This document shows, piece after piece, positions 1 through 13,840 of a DNA stretch of 64,000 nt (positions are counted from its first letter, which is position 1; each line of letters starts with the position of its first letter). A program made the position numbers and the translations under genes. Under the pieces are notes generated by a model that worked only from the letters and a program-made list of their open reading frames with translations, had not been told where the DNA came from and searched no databases. This DNA comes from Eledone cirrhosa (lineage: Eukaryota), in contig OZ024741.1 of the NCBI GenBank assembly GCA_964016885.1, positions 63,178,001 to 63,242,000 on the forward strand. Reading direction: 5' to 3'.

Positions 1-1972
1 AATTTGATCAAACAGACCATAGGATACATTTTGCTGTTTATATCATATATAACCACCACGTAGATAATTTCCCCTTGGCTCGTATCATTTCCTCGTTAGA
101 CCGCCCACCTATTGTTTTGGAATAAAGATGGACCCTCACACACACAAATCAAGCTAAAATTCTAACTTATCAAACTCACCTATCTGGAAAAACCTGTGAA
201 CGTTCTGGGTGCACACCTTCAACCATTGACTAGCTTATATGACTCAACTATCCCATTAAATTGTAGTTTATTAGTGTATAGTTTACAGATTACAGAGATG
301 TGGAAAGTAAAATGAACTTTGATCATGATTGGTTCCACGCCAAATATTAATTTCTACTACTCACGGCACATTGTCTCAGTTTAACTCTTATATATTTATT
401 TCTGTTATGATCCCTAATGATGTGCATTATCACTCTCATTCCTATTTTAGTTATTATATTTATCAACTCTAATGATATTTCTATTCAGAGACGAAAGCAA
501 CAACTACAACAAAAGAAAATAATCCACGTATAACACATTTTACTGGCGGCCATCTTAAACTCATTATTATTCTGCCTCATTTTTTTTCTGCTATACCTGG
601 TTACATTGTAGGATCCACCATGCGAAAGAACCTTTGTGGGATAGTTCGACCTACTGAAAATATCAGTCACTTTTCCTTCAAATCGACATTATTATCTTAA
701 AATATGGAAGAATATATTCGAAAATAAAGTCCTTGATACATTGCATCTGAAAACCATGATGCAATGAATGGTAATTTTGGTAAAATAAATGGTAACCACG
801 GTAAACTAAATGGTAACCATGGTAAAATGTGTGTAACCATTTTTAAATGAATTGACTTAGTTGTATAACAACTAATGAGGTTTTCAAACTAGTTTTCATC
901 CAGAAATGCTCTTTAATGGATGGAATTTAATCAAATTCCTGCGGGACATCCTTATTTATCTGCGTTTGATACGCAGGTTTAAAGTAAGGAAACAATTAAA
1001 TTGATTTGTTTTTAAATATTTTGATCATTCCAACGACTGTTTTCTTTAATCATTAAATCTTCTTTATTGCTTTAAGTCCTACAATATTTGCTATTGAAAA
1101 TGTAGATTAACGTCATTTAATTCACAAAGCAGAAAGAAGACGTCCTGTGGATTTTCTTTTGTTAGGTATTATTTTTTATGTATTATTTTTATGAATTATT
1201 ATTGATTCTAATTTTTCAATAGTTTCCTAGGAAACTTCAAGAATAATCTTTTTTGTGTTCTTGAGCAGAAAAGCAGAGTGTTGTGTTGATTATTAATTTC
1301 TTTACATCAAAGATTAGCATTTCTATTTCTTCAATTGTAGGATTTCAGATAATATATAAGTATCATTTTCTGAGCAAGCATTTCTCTAGAACACAATAGT
1401 CGACTGTAATTGCAGTTTCTGTGGATACAAGGCATACGTTCTAATAGCTTTTCAAATACTGTTCATGCGCAGTCAGAAACGGCTAGCACTTTCTACTTGG
1501 AATTTAATATTTTTACACTAAATCTTCGAACGTATGGTTCTAAACACTTATTTCTCAAATGAGTCAGTCACCTAGCTGTAACTAGATTCTATTACGTGGT
1601 GAAAAAAAACACTTTTAGCAGCTAAGTATTTACAGATGTATTTTTTTGTCGCTCCCAATTTGCAATTTATATTTTATCAAAATATCGCTTTGAGAAAAAT
1701 AAACCTTGAAACATACTAGATTGATTCAATTAAGCGTATTATTCTTTTTCTACAATGAAAAGAAATAATCTTGCGCCAAAGCAAAAACAAAATATTATTT
1801 TATCAATACGAATATAAAAAATCTATATCGAGTGGTGACCATTAATTTAATAACTTAACACCATATCAATAACCATCAGATTGGGCGGACTAAAGTACAA
1901 CCGAATGTAATATAATTGACATATTTTGTATGAAGACTTTCTTGATTGAAAAAGGAAAAAATGTATATTTAC

Positions 1973-2042
1973 CACGATCACAGCCAATCGTTGACCATCC
2001 ATTATCCAAATGTAGGGTAAGAAATAATAGGACAACCAGCAT
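1973..2042 (-). CDS. PDFR: Exon (ECL2-start of TM5) of the PDF receptor-like GPCR
   Basis: tttaaAG acceptor, GTAAAT donor; 70 nt, phase 2 to 0. Encodes (R)CWLSYYFLPYIWIMDGQRLAVIV, with the class B CW...WI..G motif. Confidence 0.88.
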
Positions 2043-2846
2043 CTTTAAAAAGGTGAAGTAAAAGAACGATGTATTAGTTTAACAGAGAATGGAAAGCTAT
2101 ACAATATATTTTATCGGTTCTAAGTCATCTAATTTGGCTATCGATTAAAATAACAGACTGCAGAAAATATTCTTTCTGTCTCTTATTCTTCTCGCCATAC
2201 TTTGTTGTTTTTTTCTCTCTCCTTTTCAATGTTGCTTTCTATCTCCATTTCAATCTTTCTTTCCCGCACCATCTTCTTACTCTCTCTTTTACATTCTCGC
2301 TCAGTCTTTCTAAACATTGTCCTATAATTATTTTTAAAAGATGTATCAACTTACAAGTAGATAATCAAAGGGAAATTTCCAATTAAATAAGGGCATATAT
2401 AACACACACATACAATCGTACATGTATGGTTCTATATATGGGAGAATGTATCTATCAATTTAACAAATTACATACATACCTACATACATAGATGCATACC
2501 CACGCCTTCTAACGTATTGCTAGTATATGCATGTATATGTAGATCTAAATGTATAAAAATGTCTATATGTATTTACATTATAAATACATATATATATAAA
2601 TGTGTGTGTGTGTGTGTGTCTGTGTTGTGTGTGGTTATGTGCGTGTGTGCGTTTGGCAAATAAAGAAAGCATTGATAAAGCAAGTATATAAGAATAACAA
2701 CTATATATAAATAGATCTAGAAAAGTGTAAAATAAGAATGACAATATTTATACCCTATATATTTTATATTTCAAGATTCAAAATTTTACTTTCTTTGTTT
2801 GCCTATATCAACAGAAACACAAACTTTGAAATAGCTTCCTATTATA

Positions 2847-2886
2847 GTCTTCTGATGAAGGGATTTTAATCCCGAAATATTAGGAC
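2847..2886 (+). ncRNA. Minimal type I hammerhead ribozyme
   Basis: gtctt CTGATGA a gggatt-tt-aatccc GAAA ta tt aggac; stem I gtctt/aggac, perfect stem II, vestigial stem III. Confidence 0.7.
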
Positions 2887-3002
2887 AGATGAATAACAGA
2901 TGAAACACTAACTTCGTTGCCTTTATTTATTCCAAACTCTACCTTTCATTTTGCATTGTCAGACTCATTGAATAATATATATATATTATAAGACCAGATT
3001 AA

Positions 3003-3053
3003 AGTTTAAGCAAAGAATTGCTGCTTTCACCCTTAACGGGATCTTCTGAAACT
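3003..3053 (-). ncRNA. Hammerhead-like motif with variant core CAGAAGA, in a truncated copy (about 2991-3150) of the 33727 family
   Basis: On minus: agttt CAGAAGA tccc gttaa gggt GAAA gca...tgc TT aaact. Confidence 0.55.
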
Positions 3054-3220
3054 AAAAATATCAATCTGTGGACGCAGAAGTAAATATTTCGAAAAGCGTT
3101 ACAATGGAAGGAAAACAGGAAGACCATACTTTGGTTCGTGAAGACGTACCCATATATATATATATAACAAATGTAAGGTCTGGTTTCTTGGGTCTGTCAC
3201 CATTTATAAAACAAATTTTG

Positions 3221-3281
3221 TATTTTATCTGATGAGAGCGGACCAAAATTTTGGTACCTTTGAAATATATGTAATAAAATA
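3221..3281 (+). ncRNA. Type I hammerhead ribozyme (same family as 29976 and 58149/58309)
   Basis: tattttat CTGATGA [stem II] GAAA tatatg TA ataaaata; 8-bp stem I. Confidence 0.8.
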
Positions 3282-3410
3282 AATATGGTTTTATAAATAT
3301 AGTTTCCATTTATTAATATAATTGATATTATACTCCGGAAAACTTGTAGAGTGCTTCGAATCTGTTATAAATAAATTTGTTGAATAACTAGCGAATTAAA
3401 TATCTATTTG

Positions 3411-3533
<123 letters not shown>

Positions 3534-3868
3534 GCGCGTGTGTGTGTGTGTGCATGTATGTATATATGTTTGTACGCATATATGTTTGTATGTATGTATG
3601 TAGAAGTATATTGGCTTATATATAGAGAGAAACAGACAGATATATAGCAAGCTAAGTGTAAGTAAACATAAGCTTTTGAACATGAACACAAATATCAATG
3701 CACTCAAGTAAATCATGTCAGTAGGGAAAAATTCTATATAGAATATCAGATGAAAAGTACATATATGAAGATTCATCAGTTATGACGTTCTAAAAACTAG
3801 TACCACTGTTATATGGTCTTCTCATATATAAGCATATATACATACACATGCATATATATATATATATA

Positions 3869-3962
3869 GAAGAAGCTCCTTCTATAAAATAAAAAAAATT
3901 TACTCTGCCATGTATTGAGTACCTTACTTACTGTGGTTATCCCCGACTCAACCCGGGACCTA
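3869..3962 (+). mobile_element. Short fragment of the 52960-53150 hammerhead element family between TA tracts
   Basis: gaagctccttcta...tactctgccatgtattgagtaccttacttactgtggttatccccgactcaacccg matches the reverse complement of about 52965-53050. Confidence 0.75.
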
Positions 3963-3963
3963 C

Positions 3964-4015
<52 letters not shown>

Positions 4016-4100
4016 TATATATATTCATATATACATACACACGCATATATATATATATACGTGTGTGTGTGTGTGTGTGTAAATAATATATATATTCTAT

Positions 4101-4176
<76 letters not shown>

Positions 4177-4669
4177 CATAATTTACCATATATATACATG
4201 TGTACACCCCTTTCACACACTTATAAATATACACATACATGCATACATACATACATACACATACATGCATACATACATACATACATGGTGGCTGCCAACT
4301 CGTTTTCGAGTACGGCCATTACTTTATATCCATGTAGGAGAACCCCTACCGATGCACTGAACGAGTGTGACTTTTTAGTCCAGCCAGCGACTTGAAAACT
4401 CTGGTACAAACACTACACTTGTGACAATTATAGACACATAGTGCTGGCCTCATGGTACCATGTGACGACATGTGCAGAGAGATCTCCAGATATAAAGTAA
4501 TGCCTGTGCTGTGAAGCTTTTATAGTGACAAAGCCAGTCCCACTCTCTTAACCAAGATGATATTTACCAAAAAGAAGAACAAGTCAACATCATTGGATAC
4601 CATCAGGGTTGCAGGTGTTTTATCAGAGTTTTCCTTCTCCTAGAATTCTGCCTTGACAAAGGCTAAGGT

Positions 4670-4768
4670 TTCTTGGTGAGGAGGGTGATTTGGACGTCCT
4701 GCAGGACTAAAAACAAAACCTGTCAAAGGGCAAAGGAGCTCTTAAGAGTCAATGGCCATCCAAAATCA
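4670..4768 (+). repeat. Dispersed repeat, also at about 12410-12545 (-) and 26455-26585 (+)
   Basis: Shared gagggtgatt(t)tggac(a/g)(c/t)cctgcaggac...aaagggc...aagagtcaa(c/t)ggcc sequence. Confidence 0.75.
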
Positions 4769-4870
4769 CATACATACATACACACATACATGCATACATA
4801 CATACATACATACATACATACATACATACATACATACATACATACATACATACATACATACATACATACA

Positions 4871-6865
4871 TTATTATCAGAGCCATAGAGAAGCTGTCTT
4901 CTTCTTGGGATACTATCCTAAGGTTAAAAACAGAGAAGGAGGATTCTATTTTCACTGATAAAATAAAATATCGCAGGTGTATATTTCAGGGAGACAGTCT
5001 CTTGCTGCTCAAGAAATGTGAAGGATACATCATTGGATCACAGGAGGACAGAAATACGAACCTAACCCATAATTTCTTTGTGGGTGATCTGAAACTCTAT
5101 GCCAAGAACATGGATGGGAGGAATAAAAATCTTGACCTGGTTACAACGTTCTCAAAGGATATAGGAATGGAGTTTGGCCAAGATAAATGCTCATATCTGA
5201 CTGTAAAGCGGGGAAAAACAACAACCCCATCTAGCAACATTGTCATCAATGGCCTAACTGTTTCACCGATAGCTGAGGAGGACTGCTACAGATACCTGGG
5301 GATAGATGAGAACATATCCTATAATGGTATCTCTAATAAGGAACTCGTAACCAGAGAATACTACACCCGATTAAGAAGGATCTGGTCATCGGAACTCTCT
5401 GTGCAAATCAAAACAGTGGCTCACAATGTGTTTGTTGTGCCTGTCCTAACACCAACGTTTGGAATACTCAATTGGACGATAGACGAAATCCGAGCAGTTG
5501 ATGTTGGAACTCGAAAAATACTGAACAACACCGGAAACTTCCACATCAACAGTGACATAGACCGCCTTTACTTGAAACGTAAGCAGGGAGGCAGAGGCCT
5601 AACATCAGTCCAGACAACATTTGAATGTCGCATATCTCTCCGACAACATCTACGAACCTCGAAGCGTAGGAGCCCGCTTCTCAAGCAAGTCTATCTGCAT
5701 GAAACGGATAAGATCATGAGAGTTGGGAAGGAACTCCTTGAGAGATATTCCCTGTGTGATAAATAAAAACTCACACCCAGGGATGTTTCCAGCAGTATCG
5801 CAGTGAATCCATGGATGAAAAACTGCATGCCTATCAGCAAAAAATCATGCATGGATATGTTGCCAGAAAGCTCCAGAGTGAGAGTAGTATAGATAAGGAA
5901 AGTAGTCTCTCTTGGACCAACAACCGCTATATTGGCTCCCACTTTGAAGGATACGCTTTTGCAATCCAAGAACAGGAGATTAGCACGAAATACCTGATTC
6001 ACAAAAGAGATAGGGATGCAGGCAAAACACCTAGATGTGATAACAAGCGCAGACTCTGCAGAACTAACATCGTGGATATCACCCATGTCATCAGCAGCTG
6101 TCCAAAGATGTCGTCGCGGTACTATCTACCTATGAGGCATGATGTAGTGGCCAAAACACTGTACAATGCAGTTCGTAAAAAAGATAGCCCCGATAATAAA
6201 CACATTAAAAGCTACAACAATGTGGAAGACATCTATGTACATAATATGAAAGAGTACTGGTGGAATGTTCCAGTAAAGACCCCAATAAAATGCAGGCATA
6301 ACAGACCAGATATTATGATATGGGACAGGGAGAAGAAAACATGCACAGTAGTGGAAATTAGCTGCCCAGCAGATGCCAATATAATATCAAAGATTAGTGA
6401 AAAGGAGAATATTTATGCAGAACTGATGAGAAATCTGGAGATACTCCACCCTGATTACACCTTCAGATTTATGCCTGTGATTATTGGGGCACTGGGATAT
6501 GTTAGTAACTGCCTCAATACAAATTTTGAGAAGCTAGACTTCACAGGAAGAACACAACTAGTTAGGAAACTACAAGTACAATCCATTAATGGAACAGTAA
6601 AAATATGTAAAACATTCCAAAAATGTTGCATCTAATAACTGCATATACACATGTACAGATACAAAGCATATACACATGCACACATACAACTCAAATCATA
6701 AACATCAACACATACAATAACATCCATATCTACACATGCATGCATAGATACATATCTACCTAGTTGATGTTGTGTAAATTCCAATGAGAGAGTCTTGAGT
6801 CTATGTTAGAAACCGACTCTCTCTCTCTATTGGTAAAACTTTGTGAAATTATAAAACCAGAAGAA
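4871..6865 (+). mobile_element. 5'-truncated, frameshifted R4/Dong-like non-LTR retrotransposon (RT + CCHC + restriction-like endonuclease)
   Basis: IFQGDSL (about 4982), FFVGDLKLYAK (decayed xDD motif), YRYLG, GGRGL, zinc knuckle ...LC...THVISSC, RHD, RPDI, VEISCP, PVIIGALG. Flanked on both sides by (TACA)n. Confidence 0.9.
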
Positions 6866-7399
6866 CATACATACATACATACATACATACATACATACAT
6901 ACATACATACATACATACATACATACATACATACATACATACATGTAATACTCGGTTTGTTATTCTAATAAATTTGCAAACATATTCGTCATGCACACAT
7001 GACTGTGACACATATAAACACACTCACTGTTCATGTGACATTGTATTATCAGATGATTAAGATGTACGCCGTTATTTCTAACTGCGTCTCTAAAAATGTT
7101 CTATATGACAAATTTGTACGATTAGGTTGCTACTGCATGAAAAATGCCAGTGATCTCTTTTTAATTTGTAGAAATCCTAGTGACCAAGCCATTGCGGTAA
7201 ATGTTTACCTATTTGGATCTTCTCACAAACTAGACATTTATTTCTTATGTATTAAATTCAACACAGAAAATATATTTAATGCCACGCGAAAATGACGAAT
7301 GAACTGACAGTTTGGATTAGATTATGTCACGGAGAGGTATGTATTGACACCTTTCCTAACAAGATGAATGTCGTAGCCACAAAGAACCGATCCTCAATC

Positions 7400-8700
7400 A
7401 GGTTGTTCTAGAGAGATGTTCTTCTAAGTTTGAAACATTTTCCAAAGAACTTATGTCTGATGTTAGGAAGACGAAAAAAGTGTTGATGGGTGGCCTCAAT
7501 GTAGGTTTTGGGTAATAGGGAGTGAAATTCTTCAGAGCATTTTCCGTGGAAAATCATAGAATAATGCCAGGCTCGCGATGTCACGTCTGTGAGAGAGTGG
7601 CTTGTGAGATGAGAGGAGTTCATCTCTAGGATTACGCAAGAGCTCTGTACTCTATCTAGTCGGAAAAGGGAGCTTTGTTTAGCACCGCCCCAGATGTAGG
7701 AACAGTACTCCATTTTCGGTCTAATCTGACTCTAGCAAAGGTAGAAAATTGAGATGGAGTCTTATATTTTCTTGAACGATAGAAGGACCCCATCATTTTC
7801 CCAGAAGCTTTCGAAACTGATCGAATATAGGAGATCTAATGATGATCTGGAGTGTATTTCAGGCCTATGTGTCACTCAAAGCAGGGAGCTTCTTTCAACG
7901 AGGCACCATTCATATGAACAGGTGGAATGTCGGAGACATTCGGATCACGCTTGAAAGCGTGAAGCTTAGATTTTGAGATGTTAAAGATAACAAGCTACTC
8001 ATTTCCCCATTGAACATTGCAATCTAAGTCAGAGGAGAGATCAGCTGCCAGGAATATGTCGTTGCTGTTCCTGGATGTACAATTACAAATTGTGGTGTCA
8101 TCTTCATAAACGGTCTTATGTGGTGTCATCTTCACAAACGGTCTTATGATGTGGCCAGGCAGATGATTTATAAATATTAGGAATGGCCTTAGTCCTAGGA
8201 CAGATGCGTGTGGTACGCTAGACTTGCTTCTATAAGCATCAACGTTTGATCATTCACCACCACATTCAGAGATCGATCAGAGATAAAAGACTTAATCGAA
8301 TCAAAGTGATTGATGCGCATTACTACATCTCGCGCAGACACAGAGATGACAATAAGAATATTATTAGTCAGAGTAGGAAAGCAGAGTAGAGCATGACCCT
8401 GGTCATTAAAAGTATACAGTTTAAGGCAAACTTTATAGGAATAGGCTTTATCAAAAGTGGACGAAATAACCCCATGGCCATTGATCACTGTAGGTACAGA
8501 AGCATTGCATCTATTAAGAAATCTGTTTGTCATTCTATAAATTTCACGGGATACAAGTCTCTTGCCTTTTGTCCAAGACTGGATTGATTGAGCCTAGTCA
8601 TCATTTGCATTCTTCAATATAATATTGTAGCAGTTTCAAGTGGTCTTAAATGCTATATTTGTGAACTAGACATCTGGCGCTTGGACCAGTTTGAAGATAG
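7400..8700 (-). mobile_element. Highly decayed CR1/L2/Jockey-group LINE fragment
   Basis: RPKMEYCSYIWGGA...LDRVQ and FHGKCSEE remnants; many stops. Confidence 0.6.
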
Positions 8701-8838
8701 CGTAAATAATTATAGCACGTTCAATGCATTTTTATGAAAAAATATTAATATATTATTAATGCAGTTTAACAAAGGTAAATAAATCAAAATCTAAAATTGA
8801 AATGGCTATGTTAGTGTCCGTGTATTTGCCTGTACTCA

Positions 8839-8875
<37 letters not shown>

Positions 8876-10536
8876 GAGGTGTGTGTGTGTGCGTATAACA
8901 GTCAACATCTACGTAGGTTATTCCTTGTGTTGTAAACTCTCTTGTAATCGGGTAAGATACACACCTAATTTTAAAAGTATCTTCATGGGAAGATTAATGT
9001 AGGACAGACAGTTCAAAGCTACATTTAATATGAGATATGTTATGAGAATTTGGAACCTGATATAATAGCAAAACCGCTGAAATATATAGAGTATATATTT
9101 TAAGTCTGATTGCGGAAAGTGCTTCCCGTTTCCTCCTTCCACCGCATGAATAGCTTTAAACTCAGTACTACGAAGTCGACGAAAACGTTCACTGTTACAT
9201 ATTTATTGTGCAGGGGATAGTTTGATTTACCTATGACATAGTATAAGGTGTAGCTATTCAATTGTTGCCTTAGTATTCTGGTATGCTATCACATCAGACA
9301 TATACGGCCCTTGATTCTTAATCTATGGATCCAAATTCGAGGGAAAAAAACTGACATCACATCTTTTTAACCATTCTAGGTGGTTATACACGAAGATATT
9401 CCATACAGAACCATAAAGCAATCGCTACACATATTAAAGAAACAATTGTTAGTAAACCCCCCAAAGCAACTAATATTTCTAGGCTCCATAACCATTGATA
9501 ATGAAGTATTGCAATTTCAAATGTATTATTATATATTAGACTGCGTCCATAATCCCAGAAAATATTTATGAGTGATTAGCAACGTGTCCTTATCAAATCA
9601 CATTCGTCTACAAAAAATGTCCATTTCACTAATTGTTAAAAATTCACTTACCAATATGCTGTTTTCTCTATATGCAAATTCTATCACTATTGAAACAACT
9701 TCCACTTTCATGATATAGCTACACACACACTACTTTCACTCATCTCAACTGGTCACATATAACCTCCACCTCTACAGGCCTACTCTATATTCTTCTAGCT
9801 AGTGCACCAAAAACAATGCTCAATTCTTCTCCAGCAGAATAGTAGATATTTCGATTTTTTGCCGTACCCAACAACGAATGATATTCACATTGAACACCAT
9901 ATGTATCTATATATCTATCTAGGAAGAACTTCACATGTCATGACTGCTGTCACATTTTTCCATAACGAATATTTCTTGCTTTGAACAATGAAACATTTCA
10001 TTAAACCATAAAGACATCCCCTTCCCTCTACATATGTCAATAAACCTGCATGCATCACTATATGTATTTCTCGGCTTAACATCCATTAAGATGTTATTAC
10101 AAAATTTCTAATACATTAAACGCATTTCCAAAATCTTATTCAGAATCAAATTGTCATCCTCTACACATGAATATTTTTAGATATAAATGTTTGTCAGTAT
10201 TGTTGCATTATTTTGTAAACATGATTGATTCAGTAATGTATATCTAAAGAACAAAACGTTGTATTATAAGTAATTGGCCTAACTTGCCTTCAGTCCGCAA
10301 CTCCTGATGGAGTTGGAGTGGCGCTGTCCTAACATGCAGCGTGTAACTGATATCTAAACATGACGGTAACCATTCAGCTCCAGGATATCGAAATAAGTAA
10401 TTAATTTCTGTAATCTATCAAACTTGAAGTTTTGGTTATATTATTATATTAATTTTCCTATCTTAAATTGCATTTACATCAAGTTAAAACATGTTTTGTA
10501 TAGCAATTCCTTATATAGCTTGCATAAATAATAAAC

Positions 10537-10700
10537 GCAGGCCTGGTTGAGCGGTTAAAGAGTTCGCATGTCAACCGGCTACATCTTTATGAGGACGAGT
10601 GTGTAGCAACTTGGATATGTGTCTCCCGCTATAGCCTTGGGCGGATCAATATTTTGTGAGTGAAGTTTCGTTCATTGAAGCTTTACGTTCACTGAAGCTA
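10537..10700 (+). mobile_element. Decayed tRNA-derived SINE (similar remnants at about 32920-33080, 38235-38340, 56205)
   Basis: A-box-like ggttgagcggttaa and body ...tgtctcccgctatagccttgggcgga...ttgtgagtg resembling a common octopus SINE. Confidence 0.55.
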
Positions 10701-10726
10701 CACGTATATAAATATATATATATATG

Positions 10727-10824
<98 letters not shown>

Positions 10825-11024
10825 TGATTAGTTAAGCAAAACAAGACCACAAATTTGTCAAGGAAGACATTATTAAAAGATTGTCAACATATTTTAGTTT
10901 GATGTAAGGAATGTATAATAATTGTAAGGAATGTAGAATAATAATATTAACATTAATAATAATCTCTCCTCTCATATCTCCTCTACTATCTCCATCTCTC
11001 TCTTTAAGATTGGTTACTCTTGAA

Positions 11025-11076
<52 letters not shown>

Positions 11077-12622
11077 GTGTGGGGACCCCGGCGTCTTACT
11101 GCATCCATTTTGATATATGTATATATATATAGGGATTGTAACGTCCAGTTACTGTAGGTTCATCACAGTGAGCACTTGATGCGTAGTTTCCAGTAAATAT
11201 AGAGGTGTGGAACAAAGCAGAGTGTAATAATAATAAAAAGGACATGTCTGTGTGTGTCTGTCTGTCTGTATCTGTTTGTATTTGAATTAGAAGTGTTAAG
11301 TTCGATCACAGTAATCTTTATTTTTTATTTTATTTGCGGAAATTAATTTAGAGACGGAACTGAAACAATTCATTACAATTGTTTTCGTATATCAAACGCT
11401 TGTATTTAGAGTTTCAGTTCATTTGCCGTGAACAAGACCGTCACTAAACACACAATCACTGCACATTACCGTAAATTTCTTTACCTATACATATAATGAC
11501 TTAGAAGCAAGAAAACAGCAACTACGTTGTCGTCCAGTTCGCTAGAAATAACAGCCACATCACCCTTAAATGAAAACCTACCGTTTAAACAAGATACATT
11601 GATATATAAAAATGAAAGAGTCATGGCTGGGGCACCTTTAACTCTTAACGTAATGTGTGTCATGAAAGAATATTAGCAAACACATTCTTCAAAATTAGAG
11701 ACCTAACTAGAAAAGATTTACGTTAAGAAGTAAAGTCGTTACTCTCATATTACAAATTTTCACAGCAATCTGTCCATCAGTAAAGATTCTAAAAAAACAT
11801 TTGAATTACCAACCCATTTTTAGATGGTTTCTATTCAAAAATTTGAGAATGTAAAGAGATAAGTTCATAGTACAGCTCAATAAGAGTTGATCTAGGCTGA
11901 GCAACTACAACTAAGACTGCAACAACCTCCAACCATTTTACTTCCTTGCCTTTGGAAAAGATAGGGATATTCCCAAATCCAAAACAATTAATGGATAGTC
12001 GAAAATATGTTTATTTGAAGGTCTATAAACAATATGTGGAGAATGATGCATACATACACCATATATATTTAATACATGCACACACACATACCTAAATACA
12101 TGCACACTTACATATATAATCTAATCTAATCTGTCCGAATTTATACTCGCAAATAAGAAGAACCAGGGCCGCCTCTAGAAGCATTGAATTTGGTGTATTT
12201 CATATTTGTTCCGGTTACTGAATACAATCAGGGGTCGCTGCTTCTCCTGAAAGTCAATAGTTCTCTTCTAACTCGAGTGGGAGCCCCTTTCCATTGGCAA
12301 ATTGCATTGATCATCTGCAAAGTCACATTGTTTTCAGAACCACTACACCAGTCTTTCGATGCGTGCAGCTGGAACTACTGCCACCCATTGATTTGGCAGG
12401 ATTTTTCTTTTAGAAGGCCGTTGACTCTTATGAGTTCTTCTGCCCTTTATCAGGTTTTGTTTTTCGTCCTGCAGGGTGTCCAAAATCACCCTCCTCACCA
12501 ATCACCAAGTAAACTTGGTGAGGTTGCCGGTTTAGTCGCATATATAAGTACATACATAATACAAACATACATAATGAATGCACACACACACACGCACACA
12601 CATATTTATATATATGTATATA

Positions 12623-12721
<99 letters not shown>

Positions 12722-12894
12722 AAATGTATATGTGTATATATATATTTTTATACATATGCTCAAACACATATTCACACACAGGCATACGGATGTGATCATT
12801 CATGCAACGCGGAGCCAAACATATTCCTTTCTCTGATATTGTTCAGTATCATATGATTATTACGGATATGTAAGTAGAAGATAGTCTCAGTTAC

Positions 12895-12955
12895 CTGGAT
12901 TCACTGTAGAATACCATTATGGCTGCCCATACACCAGTGGAAACAATTGGAGAAC
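12895..12955 (-). CDS. PDFR: Exon (TM4) of the PDF receptor-like GPCR
   Basis: tcaacAG acceptor, GTAACT donor; 61 nt, phase 1 to 2. Encodes (G)SPIVSTGVWAAIMVFYSES(R), completing GWGxP...W. Confidence 0.88.
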
Positions 12956-13049
12956 CTGTTGAAATGACACAAAAAGACAGAATAGGCACATTACATTCCA
13001 AAATCAAATTAAGGTGAATAACTAAATGCAGTCTAATCACTGAAACCCT

Positions 13050-13116
<67 letters not shown>

Positions 13117-13121
<5 letters not shown>

Positions 13122-13773
13122 TAGGATATGTGTTCCTTCACGCACAAGGCGCTAAGGTACGCATGTATTGTCCAACCAAAATGCCAGTGTGGTTCAATGG
13201 CAGGTTAATAAATTAACGAGCCAGAACAAATTTAAACAAGGTTTAGCAAATAATGAAAAAGTTTCAAAATAAATTTTAAAAAAAATTGACTTTACCTACT
13301 ATAGTTACCTTTACCGATCGGTTTCGAATCCCAAAAATAAAACGGAGACCATACGGCCTTCGTTGCAAAGAAAGATTCTCGTCAGAAGGTTCTTTTCATT
13401 CAAAGAGTATAAAATTCCTGAATTTAAATTACAGACTAGCGCTATCAAAACTGTTCCCGGGATGAGAGTGGATGATGTAGAAACAGGTTTATCAAGGGCC
13501 GAAGTAAAGATAGAGGCAGATAAACCTGTTTCTACATCATCCACTCTCATCCCGGGAACAGTTTTGATAGCGCTAGTCTGTAATTTAAATTCAGGAATGT
13601 TATATTCTTTGAATGAAAAGAACCTTCTGACGAGAATCTTTCTTTGCAACGAAGGCCGTATGGTCTCCGTTTTATTTTTGGGATTCGAAACCGATCGGTA
13701 AAGGTAACTATAGTAGGTAAAGTCAATTTTTTTTTTATTTATTTTGAAACTTTTTCATTATTTGCTAAACCTT

Positions 13774-13778
<5 letters not shown>
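13117..13778. mobile_element. Fold-back hammerhead element: tail 13117-13232, arms 13233-13493 / 13519-13778
   Basis: Near-perfect inverted repeat of about 260 bp with a 25-bp spacer, bounded by (TA)n. Confidence 0.92.
13622..13705 (+). ncRNA. Type I hammerhead ribozyme (mirror copy 13307-13390, minus)
   Basis: acctt CTGACGA gaatc...gattc GAAA ccgatcgg TA aaggt; intact core, stems I and II paired, palindromic stem III, GUA cleavage triplet. Confidence 0.92.
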
Positions 13779-13816
<38 letters not shown>

Positions 13817-13840
13817 TGTGCGTGTGTATATATATACACA

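Noticed and set aside
180-660. Possible further exons (gtgagt donor near 179 on -, hydrophobic stretch near 540-610 on +)
   Set aside because: No match to the expected TM5/ICL3 continuation; the hydrophobic frame is preceded by a stop.
9300-10000. Possible ancient PLE RT remnant (KKTD, IPY)
   Set aside because: Too degenerate to support.
13311-13701. Two near-identical 112-aa ORFs on opposite strands
   Set aside because: By-product of the DNA palindrome; no recognisable domain.
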